A stretch of 63,185 bases of DNA, filler included, from Lenisia limosa (lineage: Eukaryota; Protista; Breviatea): NCBI GenBank assembly GCA_001655205.1. It is 16 parts of 16 records of this genome, joined end to end, with 100 filler letters (N's around TTAATTAATTAA, not from the genome) between each part and the next. Parts side by side here need not be neighbours in the genome. Positions count along the whole stretch, not along the records: positions 35,875 to 40,511 come from LPNZ01001381.1; positions 40,612 to 51,893 come from LPNZ01002447.1; 14 more parts are not named here. The stretch is one strand, 5' to 3'. The translations under genes were made by a program, and so were the position numbers. This document shows positions 36,571-49,897 of the stretch, piece by piece. The stretch's first letter is position 1; each line of letters starts with the position of its first letter. A model generated the notes under the pieces. It ran no database searches. It worked only from the letters and a program-made list of their open reading frames with translations, and was not told the origin of the DNA.

Positions 36571-39500
36571 GTTGGAATTTGCGATCTTTGCCCCCGAGGA
36601 ACGTACAGCATGAGCCTCGGGGCAATCAACTGCCTCAAATGTCCAGAGGTTGGATGGGCGTTCTAAGGCGGTGATGTGCTGTTGTAATATGGATGTGTAA
36701 ATACACCGTGATCAAGATGAGGTCTAACTTCTTTCATTATATTGTCACATTTGAAAGTAGGTCTTTATCATTATTAACAGCCCAACTTATTGCTTCAGAA
36801 CAGTACGACCGTTGACGAAGGAGCAACAGGGCCTGATGCCTGTGTGTGCCAGCCGGGGTTTTATGGTAGGCTAATAGTTTTGAAGCGTTATAGCGAAGTA
36901 GTCAAAGCATGATTATTAGTCTGAGTAATTGACGGACTGTAATTGGACTTCACTTCGGTTTGAAAAAGACCAGTAAATTATCGAGTTTTCGAGAAATTCA
37001 GTCTTTTTTTGAAGCGAAGCCCTAACTGTAATTGATGGAATCAGGACCGAACGCATCGGATTGCACCGCTTGTCCACCCGGGGCTCTGTGCTTACTCAAC
37101 TCAACTACTGCCATGTGCCCAATTGGAGAGTGGGCCAGTACCGTAGAGGGAATAGGGGAATGATATCATATTGCATGTTAAACCTGACTTCTACATTTAT
37201 TGTAATAAACGCATTTGATAGAATGCACTCTGCCGCAATATACCTGCTGTACTGATTGATACTCATGCTCCCAGATATGGTGTATTCCCAGCCTGTACCC
37301 CTTGTGGCATCGGATGGAGCTGTGTCGGAACTAAACTACCCGTTCTTCCGACGTATTTGGTGGAAAATGTAAGTTGCATTGGGCATCCCACCATCACTAT
37401 CTTCATCATTAAGCATCATCATTAATCATACAAACTCATCAGCATCATCATTAATCATCACAATTCACGCTGTAGGGGGGCTCTATTGCTTTGTCCGAGT
37501 GTGACCCTACGAAGTCCTTTTATACATCCCCCACTGTATGGGGAAGATATTCGAGGGGAGTTCTAATGTATTGGATTAGGAGTGTTGGGTGTTGAGAGGA
37601 AGGCGGTGTTGTAAGGCAAATGATGGTGAATTAATACTCCGATACATATCATATCAATATCTCTTATAAGCGTGANNNNNNNNNNNNNNNNNNNNNNNNN
37701 NNNNNNNNNNNNNNNNNNNNNNNNNNNNNNNNNNNNNNNNNNNNNNNNNNNNNNNNNNNNNNNNNNNNNNNNNNNNNNNNNNNNNNNNNNNNNNNNNNNN
37801 NNNNNNNNNNNNNNNNCCTCCCCAGGAAGCCACTGCAGGAGAGGCGTTTACTGCACATCTTTTCCCTAGGGATGCGAGTGGACGGCCGCTTCTGTCGTCA
37901 AAGGACTTCTGGAGACTCCATCTTGAACCGGTAGGGGTGGTATCAACAGACATATTTTCTGAAAGGAACGAATAAAATATTTCATACAATTTCCACCAGA
38001 TTCCTTTTTCTTAGCTCAGACACAACTAATCCCCTAGGAATCCGGCTGCAGCAATACTGTTACTGACCTGATCGCTCATTTTACGTATCATGATGGAGGA
38101 TTCATGGCTACTCTCACCCCTACCTCGGCTTGCAATGTGAGTTGTTTTCTTTTTGTTCATTTTCTTTCTTTTTCAGACATTCCTATTTTCCAATTCCCTT
38201 TCTGATACTGAGGGTTGTTAGTAGGGTTTCTCTACGGTCCCAAAAAAAGACGAAATTTTCGATAAATCATCGATACAATTAATATTTAAACTGTCTTTTT
38301 CGGACTCTAGGGAAGCCCTAGTTAGTTGTTAGTGACGGTTTTAACAAAATCTTGAATACATTAATAGTTTGTCAAAAGTGTTCAGGTCCTTTCTGACATT
38401 CCAGTACACCATACACGTGACTGGAATTGTCTACCCCACAACTAACGTCAATTTCACGACGGGTTTAATGGAAAATTCGTCTCGACGTGACGTTGTCACT
38501 GCCTTACCTGGTGGGGTTCTTTTTTGCTGTTGTTGCACAGTCAATCAAATTAGAGTTAAATGCGAATTATGTACAGTTTCTTCAGTTTTGCTAGTACACC
38601 CTCACGCTCCCAGAATCAATACTGACAGGACCGGGCACGGTTCAAGTCAATTATGGCAAGGTTTCCGACTACTCGTTAACAGTGGCGGATGGATACGCAA
38701 TTTTCAACACATCATTTGAGGTGGGGCGTGAGGAAGCCGCAGAATACTATCATATTCTTCAACTTATGGTGGATGGCTATGATTAGTCGATATTTCAGCT
38801 GACATTATTCCGGACATTGTGTAACCCTGCAGATGGAACTCCATATGTTTGACGAATTCTCCAATGCCATTAACACCCATTCTTTGGACATGGAGAGCAT
38901 GTTCATTCATCTATATCCCTCCTCAGGTAAGACTGGGAAATCCATAACTATATACCGGTAGATTCAAAGATTGTTCTATGTGTCTATTGTACTCCCTTTT
39001 CAGGTCATACACATCCGCACCTGACAGTCAAACCCTCACATTCAACGAGCATCTTTGCCTCAATCACTGCCACCAACTACGGAGATCTCGAAGTTTCCGT
39101 TTTTTTTGATTGTTGGGGGAGGGGGGTGAAAAGGGTATTGTCTTGTTTTATTGGGGTTTTTTTTGGGGGAAATTGGGCATCTATTGTTTGGAAACCTTCA
39201 TTTCTGATCCCTTTCAGCTGAGCCTCTTGGGTCTGTTAGCCATGTTTTTGTCGTAGCTGTTTGTGAGATCGGATCTGCGCCTTCTTCTCATGCAGGTAGG
39301 GGTGTCTTCTCATGCTGGTGGGGGCTGGTGGGGGTGTCTTTTTCCGGCAAGGGAGGGAGGGTGCACATTGTTTTTTGAGGTTTTCTGTTTCTCATTTAAT
39401 CCAGGACCCTGTGTACCCTGCCCTCCTGGGACGTTCGATTCGCGCGTCTCATTTCTACCAAGGTTAATGCACATAAAATGAGTTTACAAGAAGGGATATT

Positions 39501-40222
39501 ATTGCATTTACCACTTAACTCTTCACACCATTGTGTTGCTTCCCACAGCTGACCTCGTAGCTACACGCGACTCTGTCCCACGTGCCCGCTCTTTACCTGC
39601 AGCGACTGCCTTGAGCACCAGACATCAGCCCTGGTTGGGGAGAGGAGTTATATGAGAGATTTTATTGTATCCTTTGGCCTTGTGTATAATATATTATATC
39701 ATGTGCAGTTGTTATATACATTTTATTTGAAGTTGTACTTGCATTTCACCTTCAATTCTTCAACACCCCTGCCTCGAAATTTGCATCCATTCACTTGCGA
39801 AGGCCTCTGTCGGCCCCGCCTCATGTCAGTGTGCCAAGGGCTACTTCACTACGTCATCTGGCGGATGCGAGATTTGTCCCGAGGGCGTGTCTTGTGATAC
39901 TGGGTCTTACGACAGCCTCGTCATTAATGATGGTATGGGGGATTCGTTTACTGGTATCATAATATGGTCCAAATTCCAAAAATAAAGAAAGAAAGCGTAA
40001 CACAAGGTGGTATGATATTTCATTGATAGGATGTATCAAATTTACAGTCTTTGGTGTATCATATGAGAGAATGCCACTATTTCTAGTCTGGCTCACATTT
40101 TGTATTACCAATATTTACGCTCTCTGTTATCTTGCCCATTTTAAATATTCCTTTAGGCTGGTTTGAGGTTACCCCAGGTAAATATGCGCAGTGTTTTGTT
40201 GAGTCCCACTGCAAATCTTCAG
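36571..40222 (+). CDS. Large Cys-rich surface protein with GCC2/GCC3 (ephrin-receptor-like) repeats and filamin/Ig-like segments (internal fragment)
   Basis: Exons GICDLCPRGTYSMSLGAINCLKCPE, DACVCQPGFY, CTPCGIGWSC, EATAGEAFTAHLFPRDASG, GPCVPCPPGTF and SCQCAKGYFTTSSGGCEICPEGVSC. Confidence 0.7.
36944..37024. mobile_element. hAT-like MITE (family A) with 8-bp TSD ACTGTAAT
   Basis: TSD copies at 36936-36943 and 37025-37032. Confidence 0.8.
38222..38320. mobile_element. Family A MITE with apparent 5-bp TSD GTTAG
   Basis: TAGGG...CCCTA termini; GTTAG at 38217-38221 and 38321-38325. Confidence 0.7.
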
Positions 40223-40611
40223 GTTTGGTTTTGGCCCTATTGTTCAAAAATTTGGGAGAAATTCAAAATACAGGCTTTTTCATTTGTTAAATAATATAAT
40301 GGTAAACAAACCTGTTCCGCTAAACCCCAGAAAACTCTAGATTTTTATTTTATTCAAGTTTAACTGAAGTTAAGTGGGTGTTTTACGTAACTTCAATACA
40401 ATTTTAAAAAATATCCATAAAATTGAAAATTGAGATTATTTCAAAAACCCCTTCAAAATTTGGTGAGATACTCTATGACGACGTTGGTTGCTTGAAAGCT
40501 AGTTTTTGTGCNNNNNNNNNNNNNNNNNNNNNNNNNNNNNNNNNNNNNNNNNNNNTTAATTAATTAANNNNNNNNNNNNNNNNNNNNNNNNNNNNNNNNN
40601 NNNNNNNNNNN

Positions 40612-43600
40612 ATAAGATGGTATTACCTTGAGTATTCCAGCACAGAGCGCAGGGTCGGGCCGCCATCTAACAGCATCAGGCAGCTTGGAACCTGCTGTAA
40701 CTGCGAAGTGAAATTGTAAAATGAAAAACAAGAGGGTGAAGTTGGAAAATTTATGAAACAAAAAGGCCCCAAAATCAACTCAGTTGGCTAACACACAAGA
40801 GTTAAAACAAACAAGCCCAACTGGGGCAGTACTCTGTCCAATTATTTATTTGGAGACTTTAAGTCAAAATATAAAAACAAGTGTCTGAAATGCAGTTCTT
40901 GTTACAATATGGGTTCCACTTCAAAATTCAAAATAGATTAACCAATTAGTGATGAGTCCTAACACGAACTACCAAGAACTACCTCATCAGAAGTACACTA
41001 CGTCGTATAGTGGAATTCACATGTATTATTTGGAAATCACATAAATTTCTTGTTTTCCTAATTCTATGGGATTAAAATGGAATTTCAGACTTGTTCACAA
41101 GAATTCCAAGTTAATGCGCCGTGTACCACAAACCACCTCACTCATAGCTGACAGCCTCAAGATGGTGTTTACACTAGGATCAGCAAATGGGTCACATTTC
41201 GAAGCTTTGGATGAGGAGTTAGATGCTCTGGTACGTGAATTGAAAAAAAATAAACATCATAACCATGGGCTTCACTTCGGTTTTGAAATAAGACTGAATG
41301 TCTTGATCAAAAATTTACAGTCTTGTTCCCTACCGGAGTGAAGCCCATAACTATAATACAAATAGTCGACTGCCACCATCATACGAGTCGTCCTAAGCAA
41401 CGGTAAATCAGTGGAATATTTCCATTTCAAATGAACACAAAAAACTCTTATAATGATTTTGATTTATTGATATTCCTATTTGGAATGAAACAAGAAACTC
41501 TTGCTACCCACTTTTTTGTGTTCGTTTTCCACGTCCGACCCAGGTTCTAAATGATCAGAATTGAACTAAATGGTCTTTTTATCGAGGATTTGAGTGATCA
41601 ATATACAGTGAAGTCGTGTAACGGATATTCAGCTTAGCTTTAGCCAATCGTGTCAGGACTTATCGCGGTCAGTGTACAACAACACCCAAGAGTGATAACA
41701 TTTCTAAGTAAACTATTTAACGCTGATTCAATGCAATTAGTACTCAAAATTGATTTGACTTGTCAAAAATAGTATAGGTACACGGCTGATATCAATTTGA
41801 AATATATCACAACTTACCTCTCTTTCCATTACTATCAGGAGGGCTCAGTATGGGCTTGCTATTGAATTTCTTCACACTGAAAGATTATTCAATTAGAAGA
41901 ATATAAATGAAATTTTCTGATAACCATTTTGACTATATTATAAGGTCCTTTTCATGAATATTTCCTTATGAGACTGAAGGACACCTTTTTGTTTTTAAGA
42001 TTGAACGACCGCTCCCGAATATAAAATAATGAAATTTTTGAATCATTTTTGACTATCTTATAGAACTTTGCAAATGTCTGATAACCATGTCATTGGCAGA
42101 TGAAGAATTCAATTCGAACCTTCTTGCTGTTTGTGCTTGGGGACTGGTAAGGACAGAATGCAGAAGAGAACCTAAAAAGTGGGAACGCATTGACTCGTCA
42201 ATAAACATATCGATAAACTACTACCCTGTTTCAAAACTTACTGTCCTTTTTTTTGTTGTTCTTTGTGCCACTATTTCCAACATTCCGTACAGTGATGATG
42301 TTCTTCTTTGGTACGTTGTTGATGGCCGAACCCTCTAAACAGAATAATCACAATCATATTTTCAGCGGGTGGATTGTACATAAGGTTCAGAAATACAATA
42401 GTTTTCGAGAAATATTGAGAAATTCACTGTTTTAAAACTGAAGTGCTACGGTTAATAGACTTGAGATTCTTTTGACCCATGCAAATCCGAAAATACTTCT
42501 GGGAATCCCAAACTTTACAAGGGAATCCCATGCCGATGCGTTATTGCGATGACTTATTAGCATATGAGAATCAAACTTGTCAAAACTATTACTTCTGAAT
42601 TAAAAACAATTATTTAAATCAGTCATCTATGCCAAATAATAATGGTAGCCTAACCGAGGTCACTTGGAGTTGAGAGAAGTATATGTGAGGCAACTGTTGC
42701 TAACGACGAGGGGATGCAAGCAATGAGAAGCGAGTAAATCACCTCAGTCCTATTTGGTCATTAAAGTGAACAAAAATATTGTGACTTCCAAATGAGGTAC
42801 AATTATCTTCGAACCTTGACAACAAAGCACTTCGAATAAGATAACGGTTACGGGATAAATGAGGTTCAAGGGAAATTACAGCCTAAACTTGTCAGATCAT
42901 GTATCCATATACGATTGAAGTATGATTAGGGCTTCCTTACCCAAAAAAGACTGATTTCCTGGAAAATACTCGATAAATATCGGTATCTTGATGGTCCTTT
43001 ACAGACACAGGCTAAGTATGATGCAATTTTATTTCTTGTTATGTGTTTATTTTTCAAAAAAAGCAATAAACTCAAAGTAAAAAGCCTCCTCTATCCCACA
43101 GTCCAGCAGTCAAAAGCACGGTCAATCATTCTTAGCTGGCGCCAAGCTCTGAATCGTTAACTTGGAAGAGTATAAACTAAGCGCGCTCAAAAGATATAAC
43201 TATAGGACCAATCATTTCCCCCAAATATGTTTCATAATTATTTATGTCCAGTTATTCTGCGCAACAATTTTGATGTTTTTCGCAGAATTTTTACCCATTC
43301 GCGATTGTTGCGGCTATTTTTTTGTCCTCTAGTCAAAAGGTATTAATTTCGAATCTAAAAATACGTCTCTCACTGGTGTTCAGGTGTGATGGAGCACATT
43401 ATGATTGTGGCAGGGAATGATGATGATATGTGTGATTATGTTGACAATATAGAGCAGGGCAAGGTTGAAGAGTGGTCTATTCTCCCATTCGAAGCCCATT
43501 TACTGCACTATGCACTGCAAACCCTCTTAATACAACTTCCATACAATAAGCAAAACAGTGAGGCGACAAAATCCAACAGTGTACTTACCGCCCCTGAATT

Positions 43601-46600
43601 TCCAGCATGTAAGCTAAATGACTGACGTCACTCACAAATGTCTAAATGGGTAAATACAGCTAGATCTTTGATCCTAGTTTCTGTAGAGAATTTATTCATT
43701 ATGATCCAAGCTTTTATGGAGTTTTATATGTTTTACTTCAAAAATTGTAAGTTTGTTCATATATGAAGACTGTGTGCAGTTCATTTTTTGTGGAAATGAA
43801 AGACAAAAAGTGTCTGGAAATGGAGATCGCATTACTATTTGTCCCACTTCAAAATTCACAGTTAATGTCTAAAGCAACACTATCGTATATTGACTTGGCA
43901 TTTCACTGTTGTATTTGGGAATTAAAAAATTTCTTCGAATATCCAAGTTGTGTAAGTGTCTTTCAAAGACTGATTACCTTTGTGGGCTTTTTACCTTGAT
44001 TGACCCGTCTAACATCCGATGTGATACTTTCCCACTTCAAAGCCTCATCTGCCAGAGCGCTATTTGAATAAAAGAGAAAATGTAAAGAATGTTACAAATT
44101 TCAAAAATATTTTCTTAATTAATTGCGCGGAGTACTATTATGTATGATGTATGCTATCAAAAAACAAGATAATGCAACAGAAGCCCACTTTAGAGCTTCA
44201 CTCGGCATCAATGACGCGATAAATTGCTCAACCTCTGAAAAGATCAAATTCACATTAACTCAACAAGATTTCATTTTGAAAAAATCGAAAAAATTACTGA
44301 CATCAATTACATTATACATCAACGATTCCATATTGAAATATTATATCTTACAAATCAGAAAGATATCATATTAAAATATGATATAGTATTAGCTATAATA
44401 AAAATATAATTTAATGTAATTTTTCCACACCTAATAAACAAGCATCCAAGTCAGTGAACCCTTCAGTGAGATACTGTCTTGCAGTTACCTCGGCGAAATC
44501 CATCTGTGAGTTTTTCATCTGTTGACAGGATTAGTGCTTCAGTTCTGATCGAAAAAAACCAGTAAAGTATCGATAATTTTAGAAGATTTATTGAAAAATC
44601 CAGCCGTTTATTCGAACCCAAGTGAAGAAGAAGTTGAGATAAATAATAATGACTTCGTTTCATTAACTCTTGAAGCAAGTTGAAATTGAATGTCTGAAAT
44701 TGAGATTATAAGTCACAATTAATTGGAGGAATGTCAATAGTCCACCTAAAATGCAGAAGAGGGTAAGAGAGCTCTGCTTAGTGCTTAGTATAATGTAGGG
44801 AACTACGAATTTTTACCTTTCGTACGTTTTTAATGATGCTGATAGTACCGATGAAAGACTCACGAGCATGTGTATTAACAGTGTCTTTTTGGTGGTCGTA
44901 ATCTGATTAATATCAAACCTTTATTTGGTGATTCTTGTGAAATAACAACGAAGTTCATTTTGAACAAATGTGTGATACTACCCATTTTGCATTACAAACA
45001 AACAATTGGGATATATTATGAGTGTAAACTAGACATACAGTCAATATATACATAATACATACTCTGTACATACCAGACACATGGAGCATTTGTTGAGAGA
45101 GTCCCATTTTGAACAGCGCTGTTGCTACCAAAGGAGAGTGACGCTTTGCTGATATTGTATGAGTGATAAGTAATGTCTAAAGATTGAACAAGTAAGCTAA
45201 TATTCCATCATATGATCATCAACTAGTACTTGTCGAATTGAAGGATCTAAAGAAGACCAATTCTTGATATATTGTCGAAAACAATCAATAGTTTACCTAC
45301 ATATATTTTTTTGTACCAAAGTGAAGTCTTATATTAGTTCCTACATTTCAGAAAATAGGTATACCATTCAACGGCACTTGTCCAGTTTCGTTGAATAAAG
45401 AAACAGTTACCAATTTCCAAGCCACATTGGTACTGTGCGAGATAAGAAATCTAAAATAAATGCAGATATGATATCAATATTTTATTTAACATAACTATTT
45501 ATGATATCAATATCATCAATATATTATTTAACATAATAATATATCATATGATATTATATGTTTTGTATTTATAAACACGCATATGCGTTTAGAATGTAAT
45601 TACATATCATATTGATATATGCGTTAAATGTACTCATATATTACTTATTGTGAGAAACAAGCGTACCTTAAATTCATCCAAGTTTCTGATCTTTGTTCGA
45701 GCTTTGTTGAAGAGCATTAGAGCCTCATCAATATTGCCACATTGACGCCTCCATGCAGCAGTAATAAACAGGAAAATTGGCGACGATCTGGATGCAGAGT
45801 TTAAATTGTCCAGAAGGAAAATATAATAACAAGAGGGGAAAAAAGAAACAAAGAAAATACGTACCCAAATTCCTTCATATAATTGGCAACCAGAGCTTCA
45901 CCAGCCATCCGATCATTGAAATAGAACAACTCTACCCAGAAGAATGCTACTTTAGAGAGAGTGCCTACGAGTGGTTAAATGCATAGAAAAGGTTCCGACT
46001 CATCGACTTGGGAATTCCCATAGTATTATTTGGGAATCCCAAAATTTCTTTGAATTACCATTACATGGGATTCCCATGTAAAGTATGAAAATTCCAACGT
46101 TTTCACAAAGCGCCGTAGTGGAGCTAGGTCTTACCAGCAACTGTTTCAGTTTTTGAAACGGCTTCGAGGTATGATCGTCCAACAATACAGTCTGGCTGGA
46201 TCCTGACAGTATTATGACATCGTGCAATTAATTATTTGAGACATGAATTGATAAAATTTGAAAACAAGGTTTCCAAATTGGAGATCTCATTATAATATGT
46301 CCCTCTTAGAATTTCAAAAAAATTATTTCACAATACACCGTAGCGCATCGACTAGAGTCTACCATATTTTACATCCCATAGAATTTTATGGAAATTTGAA
46401 CAAATGGGATTTCCATAAAAGGGAATCCCAAGTCGATGCGCCGTAGTGAGTACCAGAAAATAGTAATTGTTTTCCATTCACAAAATTTATCAATGTTTTA
46501 AATCGCTTCAAGAGAATAATCTGCGTGACATGTTAAACTATTTATAAAACTGACAAATGCAATATCAAAAGTAATGTAAGAATAATTGAATCTTTTTTAA

Positions 46601-48878
46601 TCAAATCTCCTCTGAGATAATTTGAACTAGTTAAAAAACAAAAAAATGGAATTACCAAAGTATTGTTAGAAAAATGAAACTTCCCTAATGAACTTACCCT
46701 ATCTGTCGCGAGACCCATCCAATTGTTCTGGGCATGAGACCACACATAAATTGTGTAATACCCTAATGTGCAATCATTAAAAGTAATTGGCATGGAACGA
46801 AACACTATTTAATTCAAATATATATATATATATATATATTATGTACATTGGCAACAAAAATGAAAAAACTAACTCTAGTTTCCTGAAAAAATATAAATAT
46901 ATAATTTAAATAGATTTTTGATGTCTATCATTGCTGAAAAATAGATTTCTGACAAAAGCATGTTTAACATACTGATAATTCCTTGTAGTTATCTTTCTTA
47001 CTCAAGTGCATCCTTATAACAAGAAATGACCTTGATTATCACAACGGACTAGGGCTTCACTTAGGATCGAAAAAAGAGTTAATTTTCTATTAATCTTCGA
47101 AAACTATCGATATTTTCCTGAGTTCTTTTCGAACAGAGGTGAAGCCCTACAACGGACTCCCCAAATATCACCCCTTGTTGAATATAGGGTGCCAGGGTCG
47201 TACCTGGCCAAACAGAAGGGATGCAATGGTTTCTTCGGGAGCGGACGGGTCCGCGAGCCAGTCAATTAAGTTGGATTTTTCGTTCTTTATTAATTTGCGA
47301 ATCTGGAATTCTTGTTAAAATTTTGGATTATTTCTTACCATCGATCATAGTAACCAGGTAATTATAACATGTAGGGCTAAGTGCAATTAATTTATTGAGG
47401 TAATTAATTGACAAAATGAAATGGGGTTCTTGTTACAGTTTGTTCATCTCAAATTTTGTAATTATTGTTTTAATTAATTGCAGCCCTATAAATTTGCCTT
47501 TTATGGCAAGGCTCACAGTTTTGGCTACTTTGGTGTATTGACCCCAGGCTTTGTTCAAATGGTAAGCTCCCCAGGAAAACTCCGATTTACAGAACTTCAG
47601 AATGGAGGTAATTAAGTCGCATTCAGCTTTCAACTGAATTGTGAGGATTGGTGATTTTGAAACTTGTGGTATGAGTATGATGCACTGACCACAATAAGTC
47701 CTGGCATGTACAGTATATTGAGCTTTCTTTAGTCAATCTTGTCAGGACTTGTCACGGCCAGTGGATCGAATAATACAATACATATTAATCTCTGAGAATC
47801 TATCAAATTGTGTTCTTAAAGTGGTTCATTTGAATTAAGAAGGTCTTATTATCAGTGGGATTCCAGCGATCTTTCACTCATACAAAAGTTATCTTGCCAA
47901 CCGTATCTATATCGACTTTGTCCCAGCCATCGTATTTTCTGCTGTTACAAAAGCTCTAGAGAAAGATTAAATTAAAGAAGAAAACACCTGAAAAAAATAG
48001 AACGAAATACAAACCTCTCAATCCACTAACCACAATATCTTTCTTAACCTTATCTACAACTCCCTCTGCTGCTGAAATCGCTTCAGGGTTAGCCCTAGCG
48101 GAGGCCTGAGCTGCAACAACCTTGATGATTTAAAATTGATATTCTTCTGATGTCACTATGAAAATGTTCATAAAGCGAGCTAAATGCTAACAATATTTTA
48201 TTTCTAAAACATATGTGTATGCATAATAGAGATGAGAAGTACAGCAGGATCAACACCATAAATTTGATAGTTAGTTGCTTACCCATGCCATGGAAAGGGC
48301 GGATCGAGGACCATATTGAGACATGGCTTGTTCCTCTGCCTTCATGGGGTTGCCTTTGATAAGTTCACTATTTAGGGAAGTGAGATATAATGTAGTAAAG
48401 GCGCAACTTCACACTTTAATTTCATATTTTGTCAATTTATTTCTTCAATAAATTATTTACAGAGTTATAATTATTAGTTATTTGTATACCAATTATAGAC
48501 AGATTGGAAGCGAATAAGATATTGATTATAGTAATTAATGCTTCACTTCTGTGCTAAAAAAAAATTGAATTTCTCGATGAATCCTGGAAAACTAATGATA
48601 TTTAACTAGTCTTTTTCGAACTCTAAGTATTATATGAATTAACCTAAATATGCCTTACAACTCTAAGAATACCAACATATTTGATAACATCTTACTTGAA
48701 TGCATTAGAAGCGGCGTCACAGTACTTATGGGACTGATATGATAAATGATTTGAGTTCAATACTGGTTGTTTGTTGATCTGTCTCAAAATAGTTATTATT
48801 GAAGTAAATTGAATTATTTTTTTAAAAAAACAAAGCATACTTTCAAATAAACTCGTGCAGTGAGTTGTGGAGACTCAT
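40612..48878 (-). CDS. TTC39/IML2-like TPR protein, spread over many short exons and long MITE-rich introns
   Basis: Exon 47633-47517 LKAECDLITSILKFCKSEFSWGAYHLNKAWGQYTK resembles the TTC39 segment ADC....IL.F..E.......L.KAW..Y.K. Downstream exons IASLLFGQ|GYYTIYVWS...GLATDR and LFITAAWRRQCGNIDEALMLFNKA follow the TTC39 order. The 3' extent is uncertain and could include a second gene. Confidence 0.5.
42927..43014. mobile_element. hAT-like MITE (family A, degenerate) with 8-bp TSD AGTATGAT
   Basis: TSD copies at 42919-42926 and 43015-43022. Confidence 0.75.
47050..47149. mobile_element. hAT-like MITE (family A) with 8-bp TSD CAACGGAC
   Basis: TAGGGCTTCAC...GTGAAGCCCTA, 100 bp; TSD at 47042-47049 and 47150-47157. 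Confidence 0.88.
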
Positions 48879-49897
48879 GAGAAATTGCGATCATCTAAGA
48901 TCGCGTAGGGGAATTCAAAGATTCTAAAAAGGTAGGCATTGATCAAAGTATAAGTAATGTAAAATTCGCACTCATGATATTTGTTTCAATTTTGATATTT
49001 TCAACCTTTTAGTGCTAATCTGAGCTTTAATTTCGGTTCCAAAAAACATGTCAAATATTGAAATTATTCGGGGATTTATCGAAAATTCAGTCTTGTTTTG
49101 GAACTGAAAGAGAAGCCCAAGGCATAAAAAGAGAGAAGCCAGACTAACCAAGCGATAATGCTACATTAATGCAGTTTCAAAGCGATAAAACGGCTCTTGC
49201 GGCTGTTGCTTTTTGAGAAACTTAAAGTGACACACCAATTATAAAACAATACAGTGCACAATTTTGTTTGATACGACAATGAAAGATACTCTATCTGTAT
49301 ATTATATGTATGTACAAGTTAGCAAAATCATAGTATTAATGAAAGGTGAAAGGATCACATTCTCAAATGTTTTCTTTTCATCGAATGAGACAGGAAATAC
49401 ACATTTTGCTCAATGCGCCTACTTACCAAATCTTATGGTTCTCTTGGTAATGTGCGGAATGAGTACTTTACTTCGACATTGAGGAAATCACGTTCTCATT
49501 ATTCCAGTCCACAAAAATTTGGTCTTCTACTACAGATAAATACAAATAAAATCACTACAAATTGACTATGCCTGCTTTCAAACTATAATGTTCAAGCGGT
49601 GTATTTATCATTTAACAAAAGTCACATACCTTATCAGGAAATGTAACACGATTTGAGATTATATCACGATGTAAGATTAGAAATGTCACTATATGGTTAA
49701 ATTTATAGTATTACAATATATACTAAATTACTAAATTGACACTACATAGCCCTTCAGGCATTTTAGAAGTGTGATCTGAACATGCAATTGCAAATGATCA
49801 TCGATCAATGCAGTATAAAAACAAAAACAATTCTTCGAATTTTTGCTAAATTTGATCGTTTGTAGTCAATTTCTAGTCTTTTTATCTACTTATAACA

